Source of the DNA: Isurus oxyrinchus
Lineage: Eukaryota
Direction: 5' to 3'
DNA: 64,000 nucleotides
Assembly: GCA_026770705.1 (NCBI GenBank)
Contig: JANJGN010000002.1
Location: 22,754,001 to 22,818,000 of the forward strand
In this document: piece after piece, positions 51,937 through 64,000 of the stretch
How the letters are laid out: each line of letters starts with the position of its first letter
How positions within the stretch are numbered: the first letter of the stretch is position 1
The notes under the pieces: generated by a model
Database searches by the model: none
Told to the model about the DNA's origin: nothing
Seen by the model: only the letters and a program-made list of their open reading frames with translations
Made by a program: the position numbers and the translations under genes

Positions 51937-52678
51937 TTACTATGAAAAATTGTTCGTTGTTTCAACAGGAACAGTGAAAAACATAGAGCGATGTCCTCAT
52001 TGTCTGCACCAAGCATACCTGGTTAGGTGTGGAATTCACTTTCTAGTTTTGCTTTGTCTTTGCCATAAGCCACAAGGAGGGCAATCGTTAAACTATTTCA
52101 ATGGCCTGGATTTTATGCGCCCCCCCCAGGAATGTTTTCAGTGAGGTGGAGGGCGGGGTGGTGAAGTACGTAAAATGGATCAGGTGGGTAGGCCACCACC
52201 TTCCTGCCCACCCCCAAGCTGACCCTCATAAAATGCAAGATGGGTAGGTGCCAAAATCAGCAGCCTGCCCACCATATGTAAATAAGTAATTAAAGGTCAA
52301 TTAGGCTTCTTAGAAGGTTTACTGACCTGAATAATACACTCCATTTTCTACCACTGATTTGTGTTTTCTGTCTATGATAGTTAAAGAAGACCACAAAATT
52401 ATCACATTGATACATTTCTGGTTCTCCATAAGACTGACAAAGTTTGTACCACGCTTGGGTAATGACACAGGAAGAAGCTCAGGCAATAAGATTGCCTAAT
52501 TAAAAAATTACCCTAAAATCCAGTTTCATATGCCCATCTCTTGGCCTGATTTCAGTAGAGAAAAATAATAAAATTGAGAGTCAATCACTCTTGCTGACCT
52601 ACCAACCAGTTAAAAAGGAAAAAATAAAAATACCTGGAAAAACTCAACAGGTCTGACAGCGTCTGCTGAGAGGAATAC

Positions 52679-52717
52679 AGTTAACGTTTCGAGTCCGTAT
52701 GACTCTTCAACAGAACT
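52679..52717 (-). ncRNA. Hammerhead ribozyme-like motif in the left Penelope arm
   Basis: Minus strand: AGUU-CUGUUGA-A-GAGUC(AUACG)GACUC-GAAAC-GUU-AACU. Confidence 0.5.
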
Positions 52718-53847
52718 AAGGAAAAATAGAAAAGAGGTGAAATATAAGCTGTTTTAAGGGGGGGAGGGACAGGTAGAGCTGGATAGATGGTCAGTGATAG
52801 GTGGAGATTGCAAAAAGATGTCATAGACAAAAGGACAAAGAGGTGTTGACAGTGGTGGTATTAGCTATGCAATGTGCTAATAGGTGACATTAAGGGTAGA
52901 AAGCACGACGAGCAAAGTACAGATAGCCCTAGTGAGGGTGGGATGGGGGGGAAGGGATCGAAATAGGCTAAAAGGTAGAGATAAAACAACGGATGGAAAT
53001 ACATTTAAAAATAATGGAAATAGGTGGGAAAAGAAAAATCTATATAAATTATTGGAAAAAAGGGGGATCAGAAAGGGGGTGGGGATGGAGGAGAGAGTTC
53101 ATGATCCAAAGTTGTTGAACTCAATATTCAGTCCGGAAGGCTGTAAAGTGCCTAGTCGGAAGATGAGGTGCTGTTCCTCCAGTTTGCAGACAGACCGAAG
53201 GTGTTCCTCTATATTGGAGACACCAAACACAGACTGGGTGACCGCTTTGCGGAACTCCTTCGATCTGTCTGCAAGCATGTCCCAGACCTCCCTGTCGCCT
53301 GCCATTTCAACACTCCATCCTGCTCTCATGCCCACATGTCCATCCTTGGCCTGCTGCAATATTTCAGTGAAGCTCAACGCAAACTGGAGGAACAGCACCT
53401 CATCTTCCGACTCGGCACTTTACATTCTTCCGGACAGAATATTGAGTTCAACAACTTTATTTCATGAACTCTCTCCTCCATCCCCACCCCCTTTCCGATC
53501 CCCCCTTTTTCCAATAATTTATATAGATTTTTCTTTTCCCATCTATTTCTATTATTTTTAAATGTATCACCATCCCCATTGTTTTATCCCTACCTTTTAG
53601 CTTATTTCGATCCCTTCCTCCCACCCCACCTCCACTAGGGCTATCTGTACCTTGCTCGATTGGTTTCTATCCTTAATGTCACCTATTAGCACATTTCTTA
53701 GCTAATATCACTACCGTCAACACCTCTTTGTCCTTTTGTCTATGACATCTTTTGGCAATCTCCACCTATCGCTGGCCCTCTATCCAGCTCCACTTGTCCC
53801 ACCCCTCTTTAAACAGGTTATATTTCACCTCTCTTCTATTTTTCTTT

Positions 53848-53886
53848 AGTTCTGTTGAAGAGTCATACGGACTCGAAACGTTAACT
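53848..53886 (+). ncRNA. Hammerhead ribozyme-like motif in the right Penelope arm
   Basis: AGUU-CUGUUGA-A-GAGUC(AUACG)GACUC-GAAAC-GUU-AACU. Confidence 0.5.
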
Positions 53887-54746
53887 GTATTCCTCTCCGC
53901 AGATGCTGTCAGACCTGCTGAGTTTTTCCAGGTATTTTTATTTTTGTTTTTGTTTTGGATTTCCAGCATCTGCAGTTTTTTGCTTTTATCTCAGTAAAAA
54001 AGGGAATTTATTGAATTGGATATGGAGGGAAAGGAATCTGTAAAAGAAAAACAGCTTTAATGATTGTTAGCAATGGGAAATCAACTAGATTGGTTCTGGA
54101 AATTGCTTACATATGTAAAAATGCTTCAGAGTGCCCATTCTATTTATTCACAAAAACAGAAATCTCTTGCTGTTTCAGAGATTTGCAAAAACTTGTCACA
54201 CAAGTATTTACAGGACAGCAGCATCCAACAGCTGGCTGTCAACTGAGTGTCTTATCGAGTTACGCAGCCAAATTTTTCAGTCAAATATAAAACAGTCAAC
54301 TCTCCTACAGACTTTCAGATACAGTTTACTACATGGAAGCATAATACAAACTAGCATGCCTTTCAAATATCACCGAACTTAAAAGGTTAAAATGCTGGAA
54401 AAACAAAGACAACTAATGCAGCATTGGTAGACTGATCAAAGACGTTGATGCAGTGAAGTGTTAAGAACCCCTTTTTGCTCCATAAAACATTATCTAATTA
54501 AAATACGAAAAATGTTCTTACGTATCATTAAAAATGCATTGGTCAGATTCCACATCATATAGCACAGGTTATACAGTTGCTAAATATTCCAGATAGCATG
54601 ACAGGTGGTTAGGATCATGTTATACTTGAAGTATTTTAAGAGCAGCACAGGCACTTTACATATGATACATTACAACAAACCATACTGAACACTCTCGCAG
54701 TTTCTCATTTTTGTATTTTGATGAAAGGTCATCGGCCTGAAACATT

Positions 54747-55359
54747 GGGCAGGATTTTCCCCTCGTCGGGAGGGCACGCCCGGGAGCGGCCGTGAAACCG
54801 CTCCCCATCAGGCCCCGACATTGATTTCATGCTGGCTGGCCAATTAATGGCAGCTGCAATGCTCAGAGCTGCCGGGGTGTGGGTGGGAGGAGGGTGAGCG
54901 TGGAAGTTTGCGCATGTGTGCGAGTGCGTGCAATGAAAGCTCCCTGAGGCACAGAGCTGGCTCAGGGAGTTGAAGATTTTAAAAATCAGAAATAAAAAAC
55001 TTAGCAATGTTAAGAACATATCCTCTCATGTCACATGAGCAGGGGCGTGTTATAAATGAAATTTAAAAAACCATGGATCAGGTTTCCTAAAAAATCCAAA
55101 GGCCGCTTGGCCTTTTCGCCTGCCTGCCAACCGTAAGGTTGGACGGGCAGTGAAAAATTTCACTCCATTATAACTTTAATGACCTTAATAGGCCTGTTAA
55201 CGGTAGGCAGGCGCGCTGCCAACTCCCGTGTGTGATCGCCGACCAAAATATTGTGCAAGTGTGCAATGACGTTGGGATGCTCACCTGTGATCATTATGTG
55301 TCATTTTACGCTCAAGCAGTTCGGGTGCGTGCCCACTCGCTCAGTGCAAATTTCTGCCC
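54747..55359. mobile_element. Harbinger-type MITE inserted into a degenerate Penelope hammerhead motif
   Basis: TIRs gggcaggattt / aaatttctgccc; ATT TSD; opposite orientation to 3809-4459. Confidence 0.8.
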
Positions 55360-55562
55360 ATTAACTCTGTTTCTCTCCATAGATTCTGCCAGATCTGCTA
55401 AGTGTTTCCTGCATTTTTGGTTGTCACATTTGAACACTAGTTTGCTTCATATCCAAACACCTACCCCTCTTTCTATATGTCACTAATTTCCACTGAACAA
55501 ATTCTTTGCACTACTAAAAATTATTCTTTTGATTCCATCTTTGCTGACAACCAATTATCTTA

Positions 55563-55658
<96 letters not shown>

Positions 55659-55802
55659 CTATTACGAAACAAAAAAACTATTTAACTACAAAGCAAGGTT
55701 ACTGGTGTGGAGGCAGGTTTGGGGGGGGTTCAGGGTGGCGGTGGTGCGTTGGGTGGAACGGGGTAATGAAAAGTGGAAAAAATAACGGTATTTTATACTT
55801 AC

Positions 55803-55862
55803 AAAAATAGGTCTGGGCTCATACTGCTCAGCAAACAACTGATGAATGGCAAACAAGGCAGC
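55803..55862 (-). CDS. MTR: MTR exon 7 (60 nt; AALFAIHQLFAEQYEPRPIF)
   Basis: cag/gtaag boundaries, homology. Confidence 0.95.
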
Positions 55863-56169
55863 CTGTGAACAGAACATGTAACATTAGCAAAACAAAGTAT
55901 TAATATTATAATTCTTTGGATTATAACATTGTTTTCTGAGGACTTAATGATGTTCAATACACCTAGCGGTGTCACTCTGGAATTAAAAAATGGATAATAC
56001 ATTCCTCCAGCAAATGTCTGGTGAGTAGCTGAGCCATACAAACCAGAAACAATTCTGAATCTGTGCTCAGATCAATAGCAACACCAACAAGGGTGTTCCC
56101 TGGTGCCCCTGAGTTAAGAATGGCAAGGGAAATAAATTCAGACAAGGTACTGGATCCTGATCACTATCC

Positions 56170-59100
56170 ATAAGAACATAAGAAACAGGAGCGGGAGTAG
56201 GCCATTCAGTCCCTCAAGCCTGCTCCACTATTAAATAAGATCATGCCTGATCTGATTGACGCCTTAACTCCACTTTCCCATCTGCCCCCCATAACCCTTG
56301 GCTCTCTTGTTGATCAAAAATGTACAACTTAGCCTTGAATATATTCAATGACCCAGCTTCCACTGCTCTCTGTGGAAGAGAATTTCAAAGGCTAATGATT
56401 CCCTGACAGAAGAAATTCCTCCTCATCTCCAACTCAGATGGGAGATCTCTTATTTTTAAACTGTGTCCCCTAGTTCTAGATCCTCTCATAAGGAGAAACA
56501 TCCTCTCAGCATCTACCTTATCAAGCCCCCTCAGAATCTTACATGTTTCAATAAGATCACCTCTCATTCCGCTAAACTCCAAAGGGTACCTGCTGTACCT
56601 TTCCTCATAAGACAATCTCTTCATCGCACGAATCAGCCTCATGAACCTTCTTTAAATTGCTTCCAATGCAAGTATATCCCCCCTTAAGTAGGAGACCAGA
56701 ACTGTACAAAACACTCTAGGTGTGATCTCACCCATGCCCTGTACAGTTGCAGCAAGACTTCCCTACTTTTACACTCCGTCCCTCTTGCATTTCCATTTGC
56801 CTTCCTAATTACTTGCCATATCTAAAGGCTAACTTTTTGTGATTCATGTGTGAGGACACTGAGATGCCTGTGTCGCAGCATTCTGCCCTGTCTCTCCATT
56901 TAAAATAATATTCTGCTTTTCTATTCTTCCTGCAAATGTGGACAACCTCACATTTTCCCATACTATACTCTATCTGCCAAATTTTAACCACTTACTTAAC
57001 CTATCTATATACCTTTGCAGGTTCTTTATGTGCTCCTCACAACCTGCGTTCTTATCTATCTTCATTTCATCAGCAAATTTGGCTACATCCAAGTCATTCA
57101 TATAGATCGTACTAGTTGAGGCCTCAGCACTGATCCCTGTCGCACTCCACTACTTACAGTTTGCCAAGTTGAAAGTGATTCATTTATCTGGAGTCTCTGT
57201 TTCCTGTTGTTTGGCCAATCTTCTATCCATGCTAAAATATCACCCCCAAAACCAGTAACCTTTTATGTGGCATCTTATCAAATGCCTTCTGGGAATCTAA
57301 GTACACTGCAACTTCCAGCTCCCTTTATCCACCCTGCTTGTTACATCTTCAAAGAACCCTAAAAATTTATCAAACATGATATCCCTTTCACAAAACCATG
57401 TTGACACAACCTGATTGTGTTATGATTTTCTAACTGTCCTGCCACTACTTCCTTAATAATGGACTCCAGCATTTTTCCAATGACTGTTAGGCTAACTGGC
57501 CTATAGTTTCCTGCTTTCTGTCTCCCACCTTTCTTGAATAGTGGTGTTACATTTGCTGTTTTCCAAACCATTGGGAGCTTTCCAGAATCTAGGGAATTTT
57601 GGAGGATTACTACTGATGCCAGTATCTACCGCCACGTTTTGTAAGACCATATGATACAGACCATCATCTCCTGAAGATTTGTCAGTCTTCAGTCTCATTA
57701 GGTTTCCCAATGCTTTTTCTCTAGTTATTGTGATGGTTTTAAGTTCCTCCCTCTCTTTTGCCTCTTGATTTTCTACTATTCATGGGATCATTCTGTGTCT
57801 TCTACTGTGAAGACAAATGCAAACTACTTGTTCAAAGTCACTGCCGTTTCCTTGTTTTTCCATTATTAATTATCTCATCTCATCCTCTAAGGGACCAACA
57901 TTTACTTTAGTTACTCTTTTCTTTTTTATATACTTGTAGGAGCTTTTACGGTCTGTTTTTATATTTCTTGCCAATTTTCTCTCATACTCCAATTCTTCTC
58001 TCATTATTTTTTAGTCATCTTTTGCTGGTTTCTAAACAAGATCCCAATCTTCAGAACTACCATTAACCTTCACAGTTTTGTAAGCCTTTCCTTTCAATTT
58101 GATACCATCCACAGCTTCCTAAGTGAGCCATGGATGGTACATCCTTCTCATAAAATCTTTCTCAATGGAATATATCTTTGTTGAGAGTTATGAGTATCTC
58201 CGCTGTCACTGCTTCTCTATCATCTTACTTTTAACCTATTTTCGCAATCCACATTGGCCAACACTGTCTTCATACCCCTGTAATTGCCTTTATTTAAGTT
58301 TAGGACACAAATTTCTCACCCCCAAACTGAATGTGAAATTCTACCACGTTATGCTCACTAGAGCATCCTTTACTGAATCCTTTCTCATTACACACTACCA
58401 GGTCTAATATAACCTGTTCCCTGGTTGGTTCCAGGATGTATTGTTCTAAGAAACTGCCCCAAAAAAGTTGTTAAAATCATCCTCAAGGCTACTTGAGCCA
58501 ACTTGATTTGTCAAATCTGTATGAAGATTAAAATCACCACACAATTATTGCTATACCTTTCTTACAAGCCCCATTTATTTCCCAATTTTTACTCAGTCCC
58601 ACAGCGTAGATACTGTTATGGGGCTTATAAACTACTCCCGCCAGTGATTTCCTTTCTTTACTATTTCTTATCTCCACCAAACTGATTCTACATTTTGATC
58701 CTCTGAACCAAGATCATTTCTCACTACATTACAGACCTCACCCTTTATTAACAAAGCAACCTTCCCTCCTTTTCCTTTCTACCTGTCCTTCTGAAATGTC
58801 AAATGCCCTTGAATATTCAGGTCCTAGCATTGGCCATCTTGTAGCCATGGCTCTTTAATGTCTATCTTGTCATACTCATTTATTTCTATATGTGCTATCA
58901 ATTCATCCACCTAGTTCTGAATGCTGCGAGCATTTGGATTAAGAGCTTCTAATTCTGTCTTCTGCCATTTTTCCCTACTCTGACCTTATTTGTTGCTGCA
59001 TTCATATATTGCATGGTCTGTGCCTTCTTGTCACACTTTGGTTGCAATTATTGCCTTGTCTTTTCTTCTTAACTTTTCAAATCTCCCCTCTCGTGAACCC

Positions 59101-59245
59101 TCCCCACTACTATTTAGTTTAAAGCCCTCTCTACAGCTTTAGTCATAGAATTTGCCTGGACTCTGGTCCCAGCCCGGTTCAGCTGAAGACTGCCCCAACA
59201 GTACAGCTCCCTCCTTCCTCAGTACTAGCACCAGTGCCCATAAGT
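56170..59245 (-). mobile_element. Second HER1-like CR1 LINE, decayed
   Basis: WKTANVTPLFKKGGRQKAGNYRPVSLT, QHGFVKG, MRGDLIETCKILRGLD; collinear with 46871-49850. Confidence 0.88.
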
Positions 59246-59254
59246 CTTTTTTTT

Positions 59255-59997
59255 TTATTCATTCAACGGACATGGGCTTCGCTGGATAGGCCCGCCTTTA
59301 TTGCCTATCCCTAACTACCATCGAGAAAGTGGTGGTGAGTTGGCTTCTTGAACCGCTGCAGTTCATGTGGTGTAGGTACACCCACAGTGCTGTTAGGGAG
59401 GGAGTTCCAGGATTTTGACCCAGCAACAGTGAAGGAACAGCAATATATTTCCAAGTCAGGATGGTGAGTGGCTTGGAGGGAAACTTCCAGGTGGTGGTGC
59501 ATCCGTGCATCAGCTGCCCTTATCCTACTAGATGGTAGTGGCCGTGGGTTTGGAAGGTGCTGTCCTAAGCAGCCTCGGTGAGTTTCTGAAGTCCATCTTG
59601 TGGATGGTACACACTGATGCTTCTGTGCGCTGTGACGGAGGGAGTGAATGTTTGTGGATAGGGTGCCAATCAAGCAGCCTGCTTTGTCCTGGATGGCGTC
59701 AAACTTCTTGAGTGTTGTTGGAGCTGCACTCATCCAGGCAAGTGGAGAGTATTCCATCACACTCCTGACTTGTGCATTGTAGATTGTGGACAGGCTTTGG
59801 GGAGTCAGGAGGTGAGTTACTCGCCACAGGATTCCTAGTATCTGTCCTGCTCTTGTAGCCACAGTATTTATATGGCTAGTCCAGTTCAGTTTCTGGTGAA
59901 TGGTAACCCCCAGCATGTTGATAGTGGGGGATTCAGCGATAGTAATGCCATGGGGTGATGGTTAGATTCTCTCTTGGAGATGGTCATTGCCTGGCAC
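59255..59997 (-). mobile_element. CR1 LINE 3' region
   Basis: ORF 59311..59916 LGVTIHQKLNWTSHI...STIYNAQVRSVMEYSPLAW; same family as 38130-39105. Confidence 0.88.
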
Positions 59998-60139
59998 AAT
60001 CGAAATTCACTTCTCCAGTGATGCCTGCTGGAACCAAGTAAAACACGCATAATAAACATGAAAGATGATATTGTGAAATGGACTTTATTAAGAATTAGTC
60101 CAGCTTATTAGAAAGATAAGTGCAAATTTAAGGTGTTAC

Positions 60140-60565
60140 CTTTGGCTTAGTGGAGGCATTCTTTCTTCCCAGTCAGGTAGTCGAGGCTTCACAACCCACT
60201 CCAAAGACTTGAGCACAAAATCTGGATTGACATTTCAGTGCAATGTTGTGGCAATGCAGGACTACTGGAGATAATGTTTTTTAGACAAGATGTTTAAACA
60301 AGGCCCCTCTCTGGTGGACATAAAAGATCTTCTAACACTTTTCAAAGAACAAGGGAATTCTTCTGGTATCATGGCTAACATTTATTCCTCAAATAATACC
60401 ATCAAAAATAAGATTATCCAGCTATTTATCTCATTGATGTCTGTGGGACTATGCCTTGCACATCTTGGCTGCCTTGTTTTCCTAAATCACAACAGTGATT
60501 TGTGGTCTTTACTGGCTATGAAGTGTATTGAGACCAGCTGAGGTCATGACATCACTATCAAATGC
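60140..60565 (+). mobile_element. Deu-domain SINE, near full length
   Basis: tRNA-like head tggcttagtgg; Deu core taaacaaggcccc...ggtggacataaaagatc; tail. Confidence 0.65.
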
Positions 60566-60729
60566 AGTTTGCCAAAGTGAAAAGAAAGCATTTGTTTTGA
60601 TGTGATTTCCGAATACAGGATGAATATTCAAAGCATCAGGATTTAAAATGAAAGCCAACATTAATAAATAGCTGCATGATTTTCTTCACAATAATTTCCA
60701 ACTTGGGTGATATTTGACATGTCTGTTAC

Positions 60730-60836
60730 CTTTGCATTTGCTGTATCAAAAATGGTCTCCACCAGGAGAAGGTCAATACCTCCATCAAGCAAGCCTCTGG
60801 CCTGTTCTTCATAAGCTTCAACTAACTCCTCGAATG
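60730..60836 (-). CDS. MTR: MTR exon 6 (107 nt; [35 protein letters not shown])
   Basis: cag acceptor, gtaa donor, conserved ETIFD motif. Confidence 0.96.
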
Positions 60837-61589
60837 CTGTGAAACAAATTTATCAACAGTGAAATTCCATGGAACAATTAGAGCTAGGCCATTTGGGAAC
60901 AAAATTTGGATGCACTTATTGCCACGGAAAGGGTAGTGAAAATTTGGAATTCTCTCCCCAAAAGACTCTGGGTACAGGAATAATTGGAGCTTTCAAGACT
61001 GAAATAGATAGATTTTTGTTAGGTGAGGATATCAAAAGGATAAGAGGCAAAAGGGTAAAGGGAGTTGAGGTGCAGATCAGCTAGATTGAGAGACTGAGTG
61101 GACTACTCCTGTTTTTAATATTCCTGTGATGTGCAGGACCAGAAAAGTTCAGTACATGTAGCTAGTCAAGTTTGAAAACAATATGCACAGTTCACTACCT
61201 ATAATCCTCTGCTGTTTTCTTAACAAATGTCTGTCCAACTCTTGCAAAAATTCTAAGCATTCACTACCTACTATAAACTTGTTCATTTATCCATTTACCT
61301 TCTCTCTTCTGAGTTCCAACCTATGCCCCCTCATTATCATTCTCTGAGTGATGGCAAAACAGTCTCTCAGGCTTCACTTTATCTACACCTTAAAGGATCT
61401 TGAATATTTCAATAAGGTTTCTTCTCATCTCTACTTCAAGCAATTAAATTCTTCAGTCTTTCCATGTAGCTTAGGGGTCTGATTCTAGGTGCGTGATGTG
61501 AAGTCCTTTGCTGTATCTTATTTGGGTCAAAAGACGTCTTTATTATTATATGGCAACATGGTACTAGCTATATCCTATAAACAGTTACT

Positions 61590-61980
61590 AAGAACATAAG
61601 AAATAGTAGTCCATATGGCCCCTCGAGCCTGCTCCACCATTTAATAAATTCATGCTAATATTCTGCCTCAATTCTACTTTCACACCCCCTTCCCATATCA
61701 TTTGATTCCCTGAGAGACCAAAATCTGTTTATCGCAACTTTAAATACTCAACAATGGAGCATCAACAAGCTCTACGTAGGCAATTCCAAAAATTCACAAC
61801 CCTCTAAATGAAGAAGTTTCTCCTCATCTCAGGCCTAAATGATTAACCACTTATCCCAAGACTGTACCTCTGAATTCTAGATACCCTAGCCAGGGGAAAT
61901 AGCCTCACAATGGTCAAGCCTCTTCAGAATATTGTACCTTTCAATGAGATGACCTCTCTCTCATTCTTCTAAACTCCACT
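61590..61980 (-). mobile_element. HER1-like CR1 3' end fragment
   Basis: Begins taagaacataagaaatag; similar to 56170-56580. Confidence 0.7.
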
Positions 61981-62434
61981 GGGAGATGAACGAAGGTAGG
62001 TAAGGTAATTCTTTCCCCATCACTTGTATGAGGTGAAATCATGGCTTCAAGTTACCATCCTAACACTTCATCACTTTATCATTTAATATACAAGTTTATA
62101 ATATATAACATACAATAGCAACCAAGTTGGGAATTCCTGAACATTTTAAGAACAAAGACCACAGCCTATGAGACACCTATTTTTAGCAAACAATATTATC
62201 TCATAAGTAATATGGTATGTGAATTTATCTCTTATTGCTGCTTATATGTTGTGGCAGACATAAAACCAAGATAAAGATCATTGCATTGAAAGCAGTACAA
62301 CTGGGTGCAGCCAATTCTACAACAGCATTTGTAGTTTTTAAATATAATTTTTAAAGGCTGTTCCAATTTCTGAACCAATTTAATTCTTTTAAACCGTGCA
62401 AAATTTTTCACTGGCGCAGATATTATTTTCATAC

Positions 62435-62527
62435 TTATATTTCTGTAGTCAGGCCTCTCCACAGAGGGTGATACTGACAATGTTTTGTTGGTTGGCCCCA
62501 TCGCACCTGCCACAAATCTTCGGGTAC
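62435..62527 (-). CDS. MTR: MTR exon 5 (93 nt; [31 protein letters not shown])
   Basis: cag|GT acceptor, A|gtat donor, near-identical to human peptide. Confidence 0.96.
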   Translation of the reverse strand, partial: VPEDLWQVRWGQPTKHCQYHPLWRGLTTEI

Positions 62528-64000
62528 CTGTGACAAACGACATAAGTTAGTGACTCATTGCAAAACTATACAACCAGGATAAGCCCTAACAAAACTCTAT
62601 GTTAAGCCTTATAAATATTAAATACTATTAATTGAGCTCTAAGTATGTGTATACTTACTTTTCCTTTGAAGTCAAATTTACACAGGAACAGGGGTAGGCT
62701 ACTCAGCCCCTTGACCCTGTCCTGCCTTCCAATGAGGTCATGGCTGATCTGTATCCCAAGTTCAATTACCCACCTTCACTCCATGCCCCTTAATAACATT
62801 CATAAGTAAAAATCTATAGATCTCAGATTTTTCTAACTTCTCTCCTAAATGCCCTGGATCTGATGTTGAAATTAAATATACCATACAAATAGGTGAGTTT
62901 TCTCTCAGTGTGATGCTTTAACACAGTGATCTTTTCCACGTTCAGAACCATTTGTTGCTACCAATAATTGGTTTTAATCCTGGAAAAGAATATCTGTGCT
63001 TTACAAGGTTTGTTTTATTTGTATAAAAAATAAAATTTACATTTGTTTATGGATGATCAGATAACGAATACTCTAATTTGCTCACTGAAACAATATATAG
63101 GTTCATGGCTTTTTACACACCTTAAAGCAACTTTTGTTTTGCTACTAGCCTTTCTTTTGCACCTTGTTTTTATACTGATCGCAATGTACCAATTGCATTA
63201 GTCAATTGTGGCATCAAGGTCACTTCTCGAGTTGGATGAAGGAGCTGCGATTATGACTCGGGCTTCTAAAATATCCTAGTCACGTAAAGATATATCTGCA
63301 GGCTTAGGATTTGTTTTAATCTCATATGATTTAAGTTTTTGTTTTCTTTTTACTTATAAATAGATTGCGGATTTGTACTGCAGTTAGAAATAATGAAATG
63401 GTTAAGTTGTTTGTTCCAAGAATGCTTTAGGGTTTAATGTGTCAGGGTACAATTTAGCCAACCGAGCTGTTTAGTTGCTGCTGAAAGTGAGGGATGTGTG
63501 CTTTATGCCTGTTGTTATTCCTAACTGCAAATTGTGAAATGAGATAGCCAAGACAGTCTTGAGATACAAAGTCAAATATTAGGCCAGGATGGTAAAGAAA
63601 AAAGTTTTAACTGGTGTTTTGTAGGAAGTTTCTCATTTCTGGGAGTCCTATTCAAGATAATACTTGTCATCCCATAATGAATTTGCAAAGATGGTGTGCG
63701 TGAGATGTGACTTATAAAGATCTGGAGCTTTCCTTGACAATTTGTAGAGAGAATCAGGATCAAAACGTTTGAGATGGTTACATCTCCCAGGAAAAAAAAC
63801 TGGCCAATAATGCTCATTTTTCTCTAAGTCAAAGGCATTGCCTCTTGTCTGGTCTTGCCTGAATACAATAAAAAGTTTACACTGCAACCAAAATTTAGTT
63901 TGTGAGCTTCAAATGGACCTACAGGGTCCAAATGTTTTCTCCCTTCTCCGGCTGCTGCCCAGCATACTTTTGTAGCTGAAATCAGGTATGAAGCAGAGTG

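Larger units (their letters stand above)
52619..53991. mobile_element. Penelope-like retroelement remnant in inverted configuration (GIY-YIG C-terminus)
   Basis: YIGDTKHRLGDRFAE...PVACHFN...RKLEEQHLIFRLGTL..GxNIEFNNF seen on both strands; inverted arms of ~570 bp; candidate TSD cagttaaaaagg / cagtaaaaaagg. Confidence 0.88.

Noticed and set aside
52884-53561. 225-aa ORF
   Set aside because: Read-through across the inverted Penelope arms in a non-coding frame; not a gene
62528-64000. Search for MTR exon 4
   Set aside because: No AYRMN...ARKAA-like coding seen; treated as intron

Overview
Eukaryotic (vertebrate) genomic DNA. The repeat content (HER1/CR1-type LINEs, Deu-domain SINEs, Penelope-like remnants, Harbinger MITEs) suggests a cartilaginous fish such as a shark; this is inferred, not proven. 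The whole window lies inside the minus-strand gene for cobalamin-dependent methionine synthase (MTR). I mapped 28 consecutive coding exons (human-equivalent exons 5-32, 3302 nt in total, all GT-AG, phases compatible); exons 1-4 and 33 were not found and appear to lie outside the window. The introns contain two long decayed CR1 LINEs (one retaining an esterase ORF1), an RTE LINE, a 3.7-kb Harbinger element with a Myb/SANT gene remnant and a nested Tx1 LINE, Harbinger MITEs with 3-bp AWT target duplications, SINEs, a probable solo LTR and Penelope-like fragments. The most notable non-routine signals are: (i) several minimal hammerhead-ribozyme-like motifs with a variant CUGU(C/U)GA core; (ii) two separate MITE insertions at the same position of that motif; (iii) a young ~0.5-kb inverted duplication in intron 27; (iv) inverted RTE copies bracketing the in-frame exon 19-20 pair. 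No evidence was found for a new protein-coding system. Exon coordinates were read at base level; most repeat boundaries are approximate.
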